From Mustelus asterias (taxonomy: Eukaryota): 64,000 bases of DNA. The notes beneath the pieces were generated by a model. The model saw only the letters and a list, made by a program, of their open reading frames with translations, was not told the DNA's origin and ran no database searches. Location: positions 54,064,001 through 54,128,000 of the forward strand of contig NC_135821.1 in assembly GCF_964213995.1 (NCBI RefSeq), read 5' to 3'. Every line of letters starts with the position of its first letter. Positions within the stretch are counted from its first letter, which is position 1. The position numbers and the translations under genes are program-made. Below, in pieces: positions 35,055 to 48,400 of this stretch.

Positions 35055-35470
35055 AAAGACTTGCATTTATATATCATCTTTCACAATCTCAAGATGTTCC
35101 AAAATGCTTCACAACAAACTAAATAATTCTAATGTGGAGTCACTGTCGCAATGTAAAAGATATGGCAGTAATGTGTGCACAGCTAAAATTCCACAAATAG
35201 CAAAAAGTAATAATGACCAGATATGTTTAAGATGTTAATGAAGGGATAAATATTGGCCAGGACATGAGGGACATTTCCTCTGCTCATTTTCAGAAGTGCC
35301 ACAGTAATGTTTATATCCACTTAAGCGAAAATGAGGCCTTGACTTGACGTCTCATTTGAAAGACCACCTATGGCCATGCAACATTCCCTCAGTCATGCAT
35401 CAAAGAGGTAGCCTCGATTTTAAATGGTCAAATCTCTGGAATATGACTTCAACTCAAGAAGCAGGAATGT
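35055..35470 (-). mobile_element. Deu-SINE (SacSINE1-like), old copy; related copies at ~58430-58760, ~62015-62290 and ~63165-63390
   Basis: Shared core gtcactg..gtaatgtaggaaa..gcagcc..tttgcacacagcaa..cccacaaa..gagggataa.tattggccaggaca. Confidence 0.65.
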
Positions 35471-35779
35471 TACCAACCACCAAACTACATTCCTAACAAA
35501 GGCGGATTACTGAAATTACATTTTGAAAATTTGTTCTCGGGTGCGTGGCTGACATTGGCAAGGCAGAATTTATTGTCCATCTCCAATTGCCCCAAGAGCG
35601 TGGGAGTACAGCCACTTGAATGCAGGATGGCAGTTCACTTTCTTGAAAGAGCTTAAGTGAACAAATTAGGTTTCTAAGAGTTTTATGGCCATTCATTTCA
35701 GATGCCAAGCAATTATATTACTCTTTGAAAAATTTCCCCTTAATTGGACAATAGCCTTATATGCCTTGGCAATTTAAGT

Positions 35780-37180
35780 GCTCGTTCAGATGCTTTTTAA
35801 ATGCTGTACTTCTGCTTCTACCATTCTCTCATGGCAGCATGTTCCATATTTTCACCACCCTAATTACCTGTGTTGCAAGCTTCAGGGATCTACAGACTTG
35901 TACATCAACGTCCCTTTGTTCCTCAATACTCCCTAGGGCCCGACTGTTCATTGTGTATAACCTACCCTTATTAGAGCTCCCAAAATGCATCACCTCATAC
36001 ATCTCAGGATTAAATTCCATCTGCCATTGCTCTGCCCAATTTACCAACTGATCAATATCAGTCTGTAGCCTAAGACTGTCCTTGTCACCATCAATGACAC
36101 CACCAATTTTCGTGTCATCTGTAAACTCACTAATTATACCTTCTATTTTCACATCCAACAGCATATAACAAAGGATCCCAGCACCAATCCCTGTCATACA
36201 CCACTGGTCATAGGCTTCCAATCACAAAATCTGCTCTCTTTGCCCCCTACTAACAAGCTAATTTTGGATGTAATTTCATAGAATCATAGAAACCCTACAG
36301 TGCAGAAGGAGGCCATTCGGCCCATCGAGTCTGCACCGACCACAATCCCACCCAGGCCCTACCCCCACATATTTACCCGCTAATCCCTCTAACCTACGAA
36401 TCTCAGGGGCAATTTTAACCTGGCCAATCAACCTAACCCGCACATCTTTGGACTGTGGGAGGAAACCGGAGCACCCGGAGGAAACCCACGCAGACACGAG
36501 GAGAATGTGCAAACTCCACACAGACAGTGACCCGAGACGGGAATCGAACCCGGGACCCTGGAGCTGTGAAGCAGCAGTGCTAACCACTGTGCTACCGTGC
36601 CGCCCTGGATCCATGGATTTGCCATGAATTTGCCATGGATCCCATGGGTTCTAACCTTTTGGACCAGCCTTCCATGTGGGACCTTGTCAAAGGCCTTACT
36701 GAAGTATATGTAAACCACATCAACTGTGCTACCTTCATCAATATATTTAGTAACCTTTACAAAGAAAACTTCAGTTAGACAGGATCTCCCACCAATAAAT
36801 CTGTGCTGACCATCCTTGATCAATCCCTGCCTTTCTACGTGTTGATTAATCTTGGCCCTCAATTTTTTTCCAATAATTTCTCTGTCACTGACGTGTAATT
36901 ACCTGTCTTACCCCTGCTGCCCTTCTTGAATCAAGGTACCACATTAGCTATCCAGCACTGCACCTGTGGCCAGCAAAAATTTAAATATCTGTGTCAGGGC
37001 CCCTGCAATCTCTTCCCTTGCCTCCCATAGAAGTCTTAAGATACATCTTATCAGGCCCTTATCAGGGATTTATGCACTTCTATACCCGCTAAAATATATA
37101 CCTCCTCCTTATTAACCTTAATGTGCTTAGAACTTCACCATCCCAAATAAAATCGCCAGTTACCATGTCTTTCTCCTCAG
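35780..37180 (-). mobile_element. Degraded CR1 LINE interrupted by a SINE
   Basis: ORFs 35829..36221 and 36428..36862 (FSKAFDKVPH, FTDDTKIGG). Confidence 0.85.
36277..36605 (-). mobile_element. HE1-like V-SINE
   Basis: Near-identical to the reverse complement of the 47129 copy. Confidence 0.92.
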
Positions 37181-37182
37181 TG

Positions 37183-37342
37183 ACCACAATTCCACCCAGG
37201 CCCTACCCCCAGATCCTTACATATTTTACCCGCTAATCCCTCTAACCTATGCATCTCAGGACACTAAGGGGCAATTTTAGCATGGCCAATCAACCTAACC
37301 CGCACATCTTTGGACTGTGGGAGGAAACCGGAGCACCCGGAG
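37183..37342 (-). mobile_element. V-SINE fragment
   Basis: Matches consensus. Confidence 0.8.
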
Positions 37343-38464
37343 GTAGAAAATATTCATTTAAGGTCTCACCCACAGATTGCTCTACGCAGATTGTCCCTAT
37401 GGTCTCTAATGGGCCCCACTCTTTCCCTGGTTATCCTTTTTCTTAATATATTTATAAAATGCCTTGCAGTTTTCCATAATCTTGTCTGCTAATTATATTT
37501 GCCTTCCTAATTTATTTTTTTAAGCACCCTACCCCCTTCCACAGACTATACTCCAGAAGGACCCACCCCTCCCCTCCGTTTTTAGGGCTGTATACCTACC
37601 ATGTGCTTCCATTTTTAAAAATCAAACTCTTGATATCCCGAGCTCCCTGGACCCGTCACCCTTACCTTTCACTCTCAGAGAAACATGTTGGCCCTGAACT
37701 CTCGCTATTTCACTTTTAGAAAGACTCTGACTTCCCAAAAAAAATGTAATCGTGAGTGTTCCGGGCCAATGTTTTCCTTCCAAGAGTGATGGTCTAAGCT
37801 CTCGTGGAGCTCAGAATTACAACAGCCTCCAAGCAGCCCTTAAATATTTCATTGGAGGAGTTGGTGTTTAACAACTTTGAAGTGTCACGTACACAAAGTG
37901 TGGATTACAGAGGTCAACACTTTAGTTTAAGAAAGTTAATGAGACAATGAATGAGACAGAAAGTGAATGAGGGGCCGAAGAACAATGCCCAAACAAAATA
38001 GACAAACACACAGAAGGTGGCAAGAGAAAGATGTGCCAAAAGCGATTGAAAGACAGAAATTAATTTGAGAATGGAAATCGGGAGAGTTACAGGAAAGGAG
38101 ATACTTTTCAAACGATGAGTTGTGGCACAGGACTAATCCGTTCGAATGAATTGTACACACATACTTAAATATTAAGTTATTTCAATTCTGCCCAGTTGGC
38201 AGAATAGATTAGAAAAATATTTGGCACTGCAGAAACAACCAGCCTATTTTGTGATATATTGCACAGGGCATAGAAAGTGCCTCATCAAATAGATACGGAC
38301 TTCAGACAAATACTGAAGCCAGTGTTTCCTTCATCTTTATTCCTGCTCTCATTTTTTACATCAACAGCAAATGGCCAGTGGCAATATGTAGTCCTTAAAA
38401 AGATTGAATAAATGGGGGAGGTGCATTATGAAAGCCACATTGCGCTCTTGTTGAATGGATAATT

Positions 38465-38620
38465 CAATCGGTGCCCCACAACGCTGTGTCCTCAGCTCCC
38501 TACTCTACTCCTTATACACTTATGACTGTGTGGCCAAATTCCCCTCCAACTCAATTTTCATATTTGCTGTAGTGGGTTGGATCTCAAGCATTGACGAGAC
38601 AGAGTACAGGAAAGAGATTA
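38465..38620 (+). mobile_element. Rex1/Babar-like LINE RT fragment
   Basis: GAPQRCVLSSLLYSLYTYDCVAKF, compared with the Rex-Babar motif GAPQGCVLSPLLYSLYTHDC. Confidence 0.65.
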
Positions 38621-40179
38621 ATTTTGCCATATCTCCATACAATCCAGTAAATAAATATTTCCTTTGTACCCATTTCCTGTTGACTTAAAGCAGAAATGAT
38701 GATTTAGCACACTGAAGTCCTGAAAAAAAAAGAAAAGCATCCCTTGAGTACACAACTCATCTACATCTGTGTCACAACTTGGTGCTGATCTGTAATCAAG
38801 AAACTGGTATCGAAGTAGTGTAGCAGACTGCAAACTGAAGAAAGATATTTACAGAGACTGCAGCTTATTCAGTATGATTGTGAATTGAGATCTGCAAACT
38901 TGGACAATTATAATAAGAGAATTATACTCCCAATATAAAGTTCTCATTTGTCTCAAGGTGATGTGGCTTGATTGAAAAGCACTTTGGAAAATTTAGGAGG
39001 TTCTTGGCAGTATACTAAGGATGTAGATGCACAAAACAAATAATTCAAAATTTATATTTTTCCATGTTTCACGTTTGAAGATTAAAAAAAGTTTCGAACA
39101 GCATGTTAAAAAAATTAGTATCCGCAGGAAGCATCAATGATGTTGTGGCAGAGATTAAATTACAGCCATTCTCCATTTTCACAAGGGAGTTAAAAATGCA
39201 CTGTGGGTTAATGTTGTTAAGCACTGAAAGAAAACAATATTTAAAAACATGGTTACAAGATTTACTCCTCACACAAAAAACAAAACATTCAATTGGCATA
39301 TTTTAGATTTTATGCCAGTAAATTGTTTAATTTGAGGAAGCACAGAAAAAACACACAAAAACAATCTGCAATATATGAATGAAGTAAAATATCTGTGTTA
39401 CTCAAAGATGTCCTTTAACAGAAGCATGTGCTGTCACCGGACTTTATATCCAGCACTTGCTCAAGTCGCATTTTCTATTTAGACAAATTAGTAATCGCGT
39501 TTAGACATTTAGAATAAAAATATTGCGCTTGGGTCTTAAATATGAAATAGAAAGGAAAAAGGACAGACAGGTCGACAATAATATACCATCTCAGCACATC
39601 ATGGAAACATTCCAAAGTGTTTAACAGAAAATGAAACACCAGAAATGGGTTTAAAATAAATAAGCCACAGTGAGGTGCAGTTTGGAAGTGAGGTGCAATT
39701 TGGATGCCAGTGCAATTGAGTCACAGTATCATACTCGCATGAGGAACCCATTCTAACTGAAACAGTGAGTTGCAGAAGGTGGGAAAACCTATGAATATCT
39801 TGACTGGGTGTCACAGCAGCTGACTTCTTCCAAAAGGGGAGATAAATACATTAGCTACATGTATGTTCTAAAATTGCAACATTACTTCCCTATACAACTC
39901 TACATTTTCCATTATACCATCGAGCTCTTTGTCCAGCAGCATAATGCCAAGCGTGACAGACAGTGCTCTACCTGAAGTAGCCACAAGGTCATGACAGCTA
40001 TGATCATTCATTAAAAAATCATTTTGGGGGACAAAGGATAGAATGTTTGTTATCACCTGCACAATGTCAGGGAACTTTTGAGGGAAAATGAAAGATATTT
40101 TTATGCAGTAAAAAAACTATTGCAAAGAAAATGAGACATCTAAACAAAAGCAAAATACTGTGGATGTTGGAAATCTGAA

Positions 40180-40498
40180 ATAGAATCAGTGCAGAAAGAG
40201 GCCATTCAGCCCATCGAGTCTGCACCGACCACAATCCCACCCAGGCCCTACATATTTTACCCCCTAATCCCTCCAATCTACACATCTCAGGACACTAAGG
40301 GGCAATTTTAGCATGGCCAATCAACCTAACCCGCACATCTTTGGACTGTGGGAGGAAACCGGAGCACCTGGAGGAAACCCACGCAGACACGAGGAGAATG
40401 TGCAAACTCCACACAGACAGTGACCCAAGCCGGGAATCGAACCCAGGTCCCTGGCGCTGTGAAGCAGCAGTGCTAACCACTGTGCTACCGTGCCGCCC
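40180..40498 (-). mobile_element. HE1-like V-SINE inserted in a short inverted-repeat element (40141-40675)
   Basis: Same consensus; flanks rejoin as ggaaatctgaaata|aaaacagaacatgctgg. Confidence 0.9.
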
Positions 40499-40694
40499 GT
40501 AATAAAAACAGAACATGCTGGAAAAACTCAGCAGGTCTGGCAGCATCTGTGGAGAGAGACATCGAGTTAACGTCGAGTCCAAATAATTCTTCCTTCAGAG
40601 TCATTGTCTCAAGAGTCATATGGATTCGAAACATTTACTGTTTCTTTCTCCACAGATGCTGCCAGACCTGCTGACACATCCAAAAGGAATTTTG

Positions 40695-41367
40695 ATTGAA
40701 CCTGAATGTCTGAGTCTTACTTTCAGTTCCTTTTTCATTTTGTAGATTGCTCTCTGTTTGTCCAAAAGAGCATCAAAAGCATTCTGCTTTTCATTGTCAG
40801 GTTTCAGGTGGCCTGATAGTTATAGTCCATGCCATAACCACATGGCTCAATCCCAAACTCAGAATATCATCACTTCAGCACTGCATCAGTATATCATTTT
40901 TAAATATGTTCAAACCGATGATTCAGATTTAGACAAGTTATGCCACACCCTGGGACTTCTGTTCTATGGATTCATTCTCAGTTGGGCAGCACGGTGGCAC
41001 AGTGGTTGGCACTGCTGCCTCACAGCGCCAGGGACCCAGGTTCGATTCCTGGCTTGGGTGACTGTGTGGAGTTTGCACATTCTCCCCATGTCTGTGTACG
41101 TTATCTCTGGGTGCTCCGGCTTCCTCCCACAGTCCAAAGATGTATGGGTTAGCTGGATTGGCCATGCTAAATTGCCTCTTAGTGTCAGGAGGACTAGCTA
41201 GGGTAAATGCATAGGGTTATGGGGATATGGCGTAGACTATAACTATCAGGCCACCTGAAACCTGACAATGAAAAGCAGAATGCTTTTGATGCTCTTTTGG
41301 ACAAACAGAGAGCAATCTACAAAATGAAAAAGGAACTGAAAGTAAGACTCAGACATTCAGGTTCAAT
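40695..41367. repeat. Perfect 133-bp inverted duplication (40695-40827 / 41235-41367)
   Basis: attgaacctgaatgtctgag...gatagttatagtc against gactataactatc...cattcaggttcaat. Confidence 0.94.
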
Positions 41368-41460
41368 ACAGGGCCTGGGGGGGGGGTTGCGGTCGATGCA
41401 GACTCGATGGGCCAAATGGCCTCCTTCTGCACTGTATGATTCTGTGATATCTATGATTCT
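40983..41460 (+). mobile_element. HE1-like V-SINE with a 133-bp inverted local duplication in its tail
   Basis: SINE consensus interrupted at ~41231-41369. Confidence 0.88.
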
Positions 41461-42034
41461 AATAAGAATTGCATTGATATTGTCCAAATTGATTTTTATT
41501 TCGGGCCACCAGAGCTATGAGGGGAAAAGGATATTTCTATGAAATAGGGTTGGAAAATTATTCCAATATACAGCTGCACAGTTAACTCAAGGTGAAAAAT
41601 CAAAATGAATTTTTTCTTCTTGCATTTATTTCAGATTCACAATTCTTGCGAACGATTTGTTTTCTTACGGTATGTTACTGATTACAAAACATCTTCTGGA
41701 GGTGGACTGGATTAGAAAACCTACCAAGAAGATTTTCGCAACCAAGGGCAAAAGTGAGTGAGTGCCAGCGAGAGCGAGTAATCAAGTGATTTCCTGGCTG
41801 CAAGAATATACAGGGATGCAGTTGCTGCAACTCCCAACTTATCAAAATAATTGAGTGCTCCAACTTTAATCTGCTAATGTTAAATGTTTCAAAACAAAAT
41901 ATTAACTGGTTTAAAAAATTCTTCAGCATTAAAACTTGTCACCTGCTGGAAGCAGTACCAAGCCCCAGGAATCTTCAGATTATTGCGCTGGAAGCCTTAC
42001 TTGGCCATTTTAGGTGGAGGAGGTTGGCTAGTCA

Positions 42035-42471
42035 CTAATTTTGACAGAGACATTGCTCCAAAGCTGACATTCCATACAGGTTTGCTTTCTCCTCGCCATT
42101 ATTCAGCAATATAATGTCTTTACATGGTTTGCTGTTCTTTGCCAGTTCAGCTAAAACACACTGGAAGGCAGCGATAATGTCAAACTCAACCGTCATGGGT
42201 GAAGCCTTATTTAGCAAGTCGAAAATGTCACTCAACCATTCTGATTCAATTACACTTTGTGGCAGCCACGGCAGTAAGGGTACACAACTACCGAAAGCCT
42301 GCATTCCCAGAAACCAAAGCTCTGAGATTTGATCCCAAGCTTCGTGGTATCTCTCGGTCACCACAATCTGCGTTCGGTCAACAACCTCCTCCAGCTGAGT
42401 TGTATGTGCTTTGGATAGAAAGTGAATCGCCCCTCGGAAAAAGCCCCTGGATACTGTGGTTCCTTGTAACA
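42035..42471 (-). CDS. NCDN: NCDN last coding exon (VLQGTT...ALEQCLCQN*)
   Basis: Within ORF 42035..42496; ctttag acceptor; TAG stop. Confidence 0.94.
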
Positions 42472-45400
42472 CTAAAGAAAAAAGCATTACTTTCAATATA
42501 TAACTTGGAAGACAAATTCAACCATATCTTCATTACAAATTCATGCCAAATCGGAGAACAACTTCTTGGCCTCCAAAATAGAGGATATGCATTTGTCTGC
42601 CTTAACATCCTCTTCACATTTCCCATTCACGGTCTTTCCTGAACTTCTCAAATCTCTTACAAAGGCAGCCCAGACTCCAAACCCTCTAGCTTCATTTAAT
42701 CCGTCTCCATGAAACCCAACTCCTTCAGTGATGTCAGTGACACCACTTTATTCATCATTCTGCTCCCGTCTGTCCTAGTATATCTCTGACAAAGACTTCT
42801 TCTGCCCTTGCAGAATGACCTCTGCTATCCCCAACATTGTATGCAAATTGATATCAAGCCACTTATTCTTTTCTCCAGCGTTATACTTTTACAGGTGCAC
42901 AGCACTATTTATTCTATAAGCTTCTCTCCACAAACTACTCAAAACTGTATTAGTTTTACATTGTATGCAGTGCTTGGAGATCGCGATGATGATTAGGGTT
43001 GGAGGAATGGTTGGGTTAAACAATTCGCTTTTTGTACCTGGTGTGCCAGCAAGTATGCGACTCATCATCAGACCCAGAGTGGTGAAGTTAGCAGCAAGAA
43101 TCAAGTGACGTTGGCTATAAAGCAATGACTGTAGGGATTCCATTAACAAACTAAGTAAAGATGAGAAACATTCTTCCTGCCTGCAGCAACAGATAAAAAG
43201 GGCAAGGGTAAGCAAAACTTAAAACAGTGCAGGAACCTCCCCCCACCCTTAATAAATATCAGGTCTCACCAAGAATCATTGTGAAACCCATTCAACAACT
43301 TAATTATTTTAAATACCATTTTCGGTCCGGAGAGAGAAATCAATAAATTATCGCCAGCCTGTAATCAGCAGTTCATTTGTGAAAATAGATGTTGAATATT
43401 AGATACGGGAAAAAGATGCCTGACCATTTAGTAAATTGAAACACTGAGTAAATAGTTTTAATAGTGAATTTCAAAACTGTCAATATTCAGCTTTCTGATA
43501 GCTCAGCAGATTAACACAGCGAGTCGTCAAATCATACCACCTGGGAAGGACTCAGGATTGATCCATCAACCCAGGCAGGAATCTGCCAGCCTCACCTGGT
43601 CAAACCAATACATGACTCCAGTCCTACACAAATTGAATCTTAATGCTCATTGATCAAATAGGATAGACAAAAGAACTTGCAGGGGATGATGGGCCTCATG
43701 TGTAATGCCCCACAACTGAATTATCTGCTAGCAGTCACTGGTAAAACTTATGCATGCGCCACAATAATTTGAACACCGTACTATGTCCCAGCAAAAAGTC
43801 ATGCCTTCTGGAGAAGTGGAAAGGATATATTGAAGGGGAATTAAAGATACATATTCATAAACCGTGTTTGTACTTTCGATGAACAGTATCACAGGCAGAG
43901 CATTAGTGGTTGGAGTAATTAAAACAAAATGGTGCCACGGGTGGCATAGTGGTTAGCACTACTGTCTCTCAGCGCCAGGGACCCAGGTTCAATTTCAGCC
44001 TTGGGTTACTGTCTGTGTGAAGTTTGCATTTCTCCCTGTGTCTGCGTGGGTTTCTTCCAGGTGCTCCAGTTTCCTCCCACAGTCCAAAGATGTGCGGGTT
44101 CGGTTGATTAGCCATGCTAAACTGACCCTAGTGTCGGGGGATTAGCAGGATAAATATGTGGGGTTTTGGGAATAGGGCCTGGGTGGGATTGTGGTTGGTA
44201 CCGACTCGATGGGCCAAATGGCCTCCTTCTGTACTGTAGGGATTCTATGATTCACTATCCTGACAAGTCCGTCTCTTGCATTGTCAAAGCGGTTGATTTT
44301 CCTGGCTTGTTTCTGCCCTGACACTGGACAAGAAGAACATACTCAAAGTACATGTGCTTGTCCAGCCATTGGAGCATTGCTATCGCCCATCCTGGAATCT
44401 GGCCCAGAACCTGGGCCTTTGGCCGGATGAAATGGGAAAAATATAAATGTAGCTACAGCACTGGGCCTCTGCATGGAGTTTTCCAGCTGCTGATGGAGTT
44501 TAATAAGCTCATTTTGATCAACTCCAGCCCAGACTGAAAAACAACAATTTGCCGCAGCTTATGTTTTGTATATAAATTGCAATTACTTGTTGCATTGAAG
44601 GGTATAGCACTGAGCTCTGCTAAACTTTTATTTCCTAACCATTGTTTATTTTTTCTCCAGACTCATTCACTAAGCTTCTGCCTTCCATTTCAATTTCTGA
44701 TTTTGTCTCACCCAAATTCACCTTTAGCTTCCCAAGCCCCTGCCAACAATTATACACTAAATATTGTAAACCTCCTGTCTGGGGGTGGGGTACTGAGTAC
44801 CTGATCAACGCAGGCTCTGTTACCACAAGGTTTAGAAAAATTCCACAGGCCGTTCGAAGACTCATCTCTGCATCATCCGGCAAAATCAGTGCATTTTGAG
44901 AAGAACTGAAGACCTCCCACTGTTGTGTGAAATAACGAAGAAGCAGAACATGAAACCCATGTGAAATTAAGATCCTCCGAGGGATGTCCTCAGCCGAAAG
45001 GTGACAGAATCCAGGTAACAGGAACCTATACGTGGAGACATACCATTAGTAAAACACTGCATGTGCACTCAAATGGCGAGACACAGCTTTCTATCTATAA
45101 TCTTCAACATAATTTTAGCCATAACTATCTTAAAAGTTAAAAATTGAGTTAGTGATCTTTCATAGTTAACGGGTATAGTTGCACTACTGTTTCATCATTT
45201 AGTTTCAAACCTCATTAATCTGCCAGCTAAAGCATTTCACATGAACATTAGTAATAATCATGATGCTGAAAAGCCAAAAAGGAGGTAACTTCTCAAACTG
45301 AACTCTAAATTTAGCAACAGACGGAATGGCTATAATTTTTCAGCAACAAATCAGATCACATGTTCAAAACCCTATCTCCTGAGCACAGAAAGTCTGAAGT

Positions 45401-48400
45401 GTGGCATGGAAAACACCTAGGAAGTGTTCATTGATTCAGCCAGTGATAATTTAACAGTTTGTCTGTGAGGAGTGAGGTCACTTTAGCAAGGTGTAGCTGT
45501 GATAATTGTGGCAAATTATACATTGGTGCACCCCATCCCCCCCCAAAAAAAAATTTGAGATTTTCTTTGGCCACTGAATGATAGAAGTAGAACACCAGCC
45601 GAAGCGAAGCTCTGACCCATCAGGTTGAGAGGTTAATATTACAATGCACAATATTAGTGATCATTAAATGGACTCCATTTAATGCTGTATCATATTTTCA
45701 TTCTTACCTCAAGGCGTCTTTAGACCAGGTTGTTGCCTCGGAGCTCTCAGCTAGCGATAGTCCTTTCACTTGATTGTCTAGGTCATCAGATTTTATTGGA
45801 CATTCAAACAACACCTGAGCATAACGAATCAGAAAAGGCAGTACATCACAGATTTCCTGTCTGAGTGCATAAGTCTCTTCAGCCATCCACGCGCCCAGAA
45901 TCCGGACTGAAGCAAATAGGAATGGACTCCACAGCTGTTCCTCTGTAACCTACGGTATAGGGAAGAGTAAACAAGTGTGAACTGCATTTGCTTTTTAAAA
46001 TATATAAAAGAATTTCACAGCAAAAATGTGTACTGCAAGAGATTGAAACTAAGCTTCGACGCCATAAGTCTTGGAGTCAGAGAGGATAACAGCATAGAAA
46101 CAGGCCCTTCGGCCGAACTTGTCCATGCTGCCCCTTTGTTTTTAACCACTAAGCTAGTCCCAATTGCCCTCATTTGGCCCATATTCCTCGATAGCCATCT
46201 TACCCATGTAACTGTCTAAATGCTTTTTAAAAGACAAAATTGTACCCGCCTCTACTACTACCTCTGGCAGCTTGTTCCACACACTCACCACCCTCTGAAA
46301 TAATTGCCCCTCTGGACCCTTTTGTATCTCTCCTCTCGTATCTTAAACCTATGCCCCCCTAATTTTGGACTCCCCTACCTTTGGGAAAAGATGTTGACCA
46401 TCTAGCTGATCTATGCCCCTCATTATTTTACAGACCTCAATAAGATCACCCCTCAGCCTCCTACACGCCAGAGAAAAAAGTCCCAGTCTATCCAGCCTCT
46501 CCTTATAACTCAAACCATCAAGTCCCGGTAGCATCCTAGCAATTTTTTTCTGCACTCTTTCTAGTTTAATAATATTCTTTCTATAATAGGGTGATCAGAA
46601 CTGTACACACAGTATTCCAAACGTGGCCTTACCAATGTCTTGTACAACTTCAACAAGACGTCCCAACTCTTGTATTCAATGTTCTGACCAATGAAACCAA
46701 GCATGCCAAATGCCTTCTTCACCACTCAGATTGCAATAAGCAAGTGAGGTCTGCACCACTGGAGAGGAATTGTTAAAACTGCACCCAGTGTTTCTCAGAA
46801 GAATATATTGACTCCCACAGGATTAAACATCACTCATTCTGTCATCCTAAAAATATCTTGTAGAACAAGGAAGTAAGACTGAGCTTGGAAAATAGGGCTT
46901 AAACATTTACAACATTTGTAAACCTTCAACCACTGCAACCTTCATACTCATCTGATAGAAATTCAGTTTCCCCTTTGGCACTTGCTGTCTACTTTTCTTG
47001 GTTACTTTCTTGAGATCAATTTAAAAGTTTGCCTGCAATGATGGCCAATTGGACTGTACCAAGTGTACTGCACACTGTTCCAACTGAATCTGTGGTTTGA
47101 TAATTTCTGAACTCTCTCAAGCAGTTATGGGCGGCACGGTAGTACAGTGGTTAGCGCTGCTGCTTCACAGCTCCAGGGTCCCGGGTTCGATTCCCGGCTC
47201 GGGTCACTGTCTGTGTGGAGTTTGCACATTCTCCTCGTGTCTGCGTGGGTTTCCTCCGGGTGCTCCGGTTTCCTCCCACAGTCCAAAGATGTGCGGGTTA
47301 GGTTGATTGGCCAGGTTAAAAATTGCCCCTTAGAGTCCTGAGATGCGTAGGTTAGAGGGATTAGCGGGTAAAATATGTGGGGGTAGGGCATGGGTGGGAT
47401 TGTGGTCGGTGCAGACTCGATGGGCCGAATGGCCTCCTTCTGCACTGTAGGGTTTCTATGATTTCTATGAGTTATCAAATATAATAGTACAGCTGGGAAC
47501 CAACTCCCTCGCCCCACCCCAATCTGGCCGAGATCGAGAATTTACGATCTGTTGTGAAAACATAACAGCAGTGTGTGACAGCCCGATAGTTTATCATTTC
47601 TTACAACTTCAAACAACAGCAGTAAGAATTTCCACCATACAAAATATACTTTCAGAGGTGAGACAGGCACTGTTTCAAGTCCACATCCACTAGTGACCAT
47701 AACACAAAATATTGAACGTGGGAAATGCATTAATTGCACTGCATTCATGAAATGGTTAAGGGCCTGCATTACACTAATCAAATATAAAAGAGAACTCTGA
47801 ACTACGTTATTCTGACATAAATATATGATTACATTCACCCCACTGGGGTGGCACAGTAGCTAGCACTGCTGCTTCACAACGTCAGGGCTCCGGGTTCAAT
47901 TCCCGGCTTGGGTCACTGTCTGTGCAGTTTGCGCGTTCTTCCCGTGTCTGCGTGGGTTTCCTCCGGGTGATCCAGTTTCCTCCCACATTCTGAAAGACGC
48001 GCTGGTTAGGTGCATTGACCCAGACAGGCACCGGACTACGGCGACTAGGCTAATTTCACAGTAATTTCATTGCAGTGTTCGTGTAACCCTTACTTGTAAC
48101 TAATAAATCAACTTTACTTGACTTCAACCCACCATCCCAAGCTTCCCACTGTGAACAATATTAAATGGGCTAGATCAAAGGCAAAAACAATAACCTGAAC
48201 ATTCGTGAATGTTTGAATGTGAGGATTCAAAACCAAAGCAACATAATCTGCACTTTTGACAAATGTGGTTAGAAGAAAATACAAATTACAAATACAGTAA
48301 ATTATTCCAATGATAGTCACATTTCCATACTTCACCTGCTTAAAATAGCCAATGACTGCTCCAAAAGCCTCCACCATTATCTGTACTAATTGGCTACTTT

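Noticed and set aside
47129-47200. tRNA genes at SINE heads
   Set aside because: tRNA-like A/B boxes continue into the V domain and LINE-like tail, so these are SINEs
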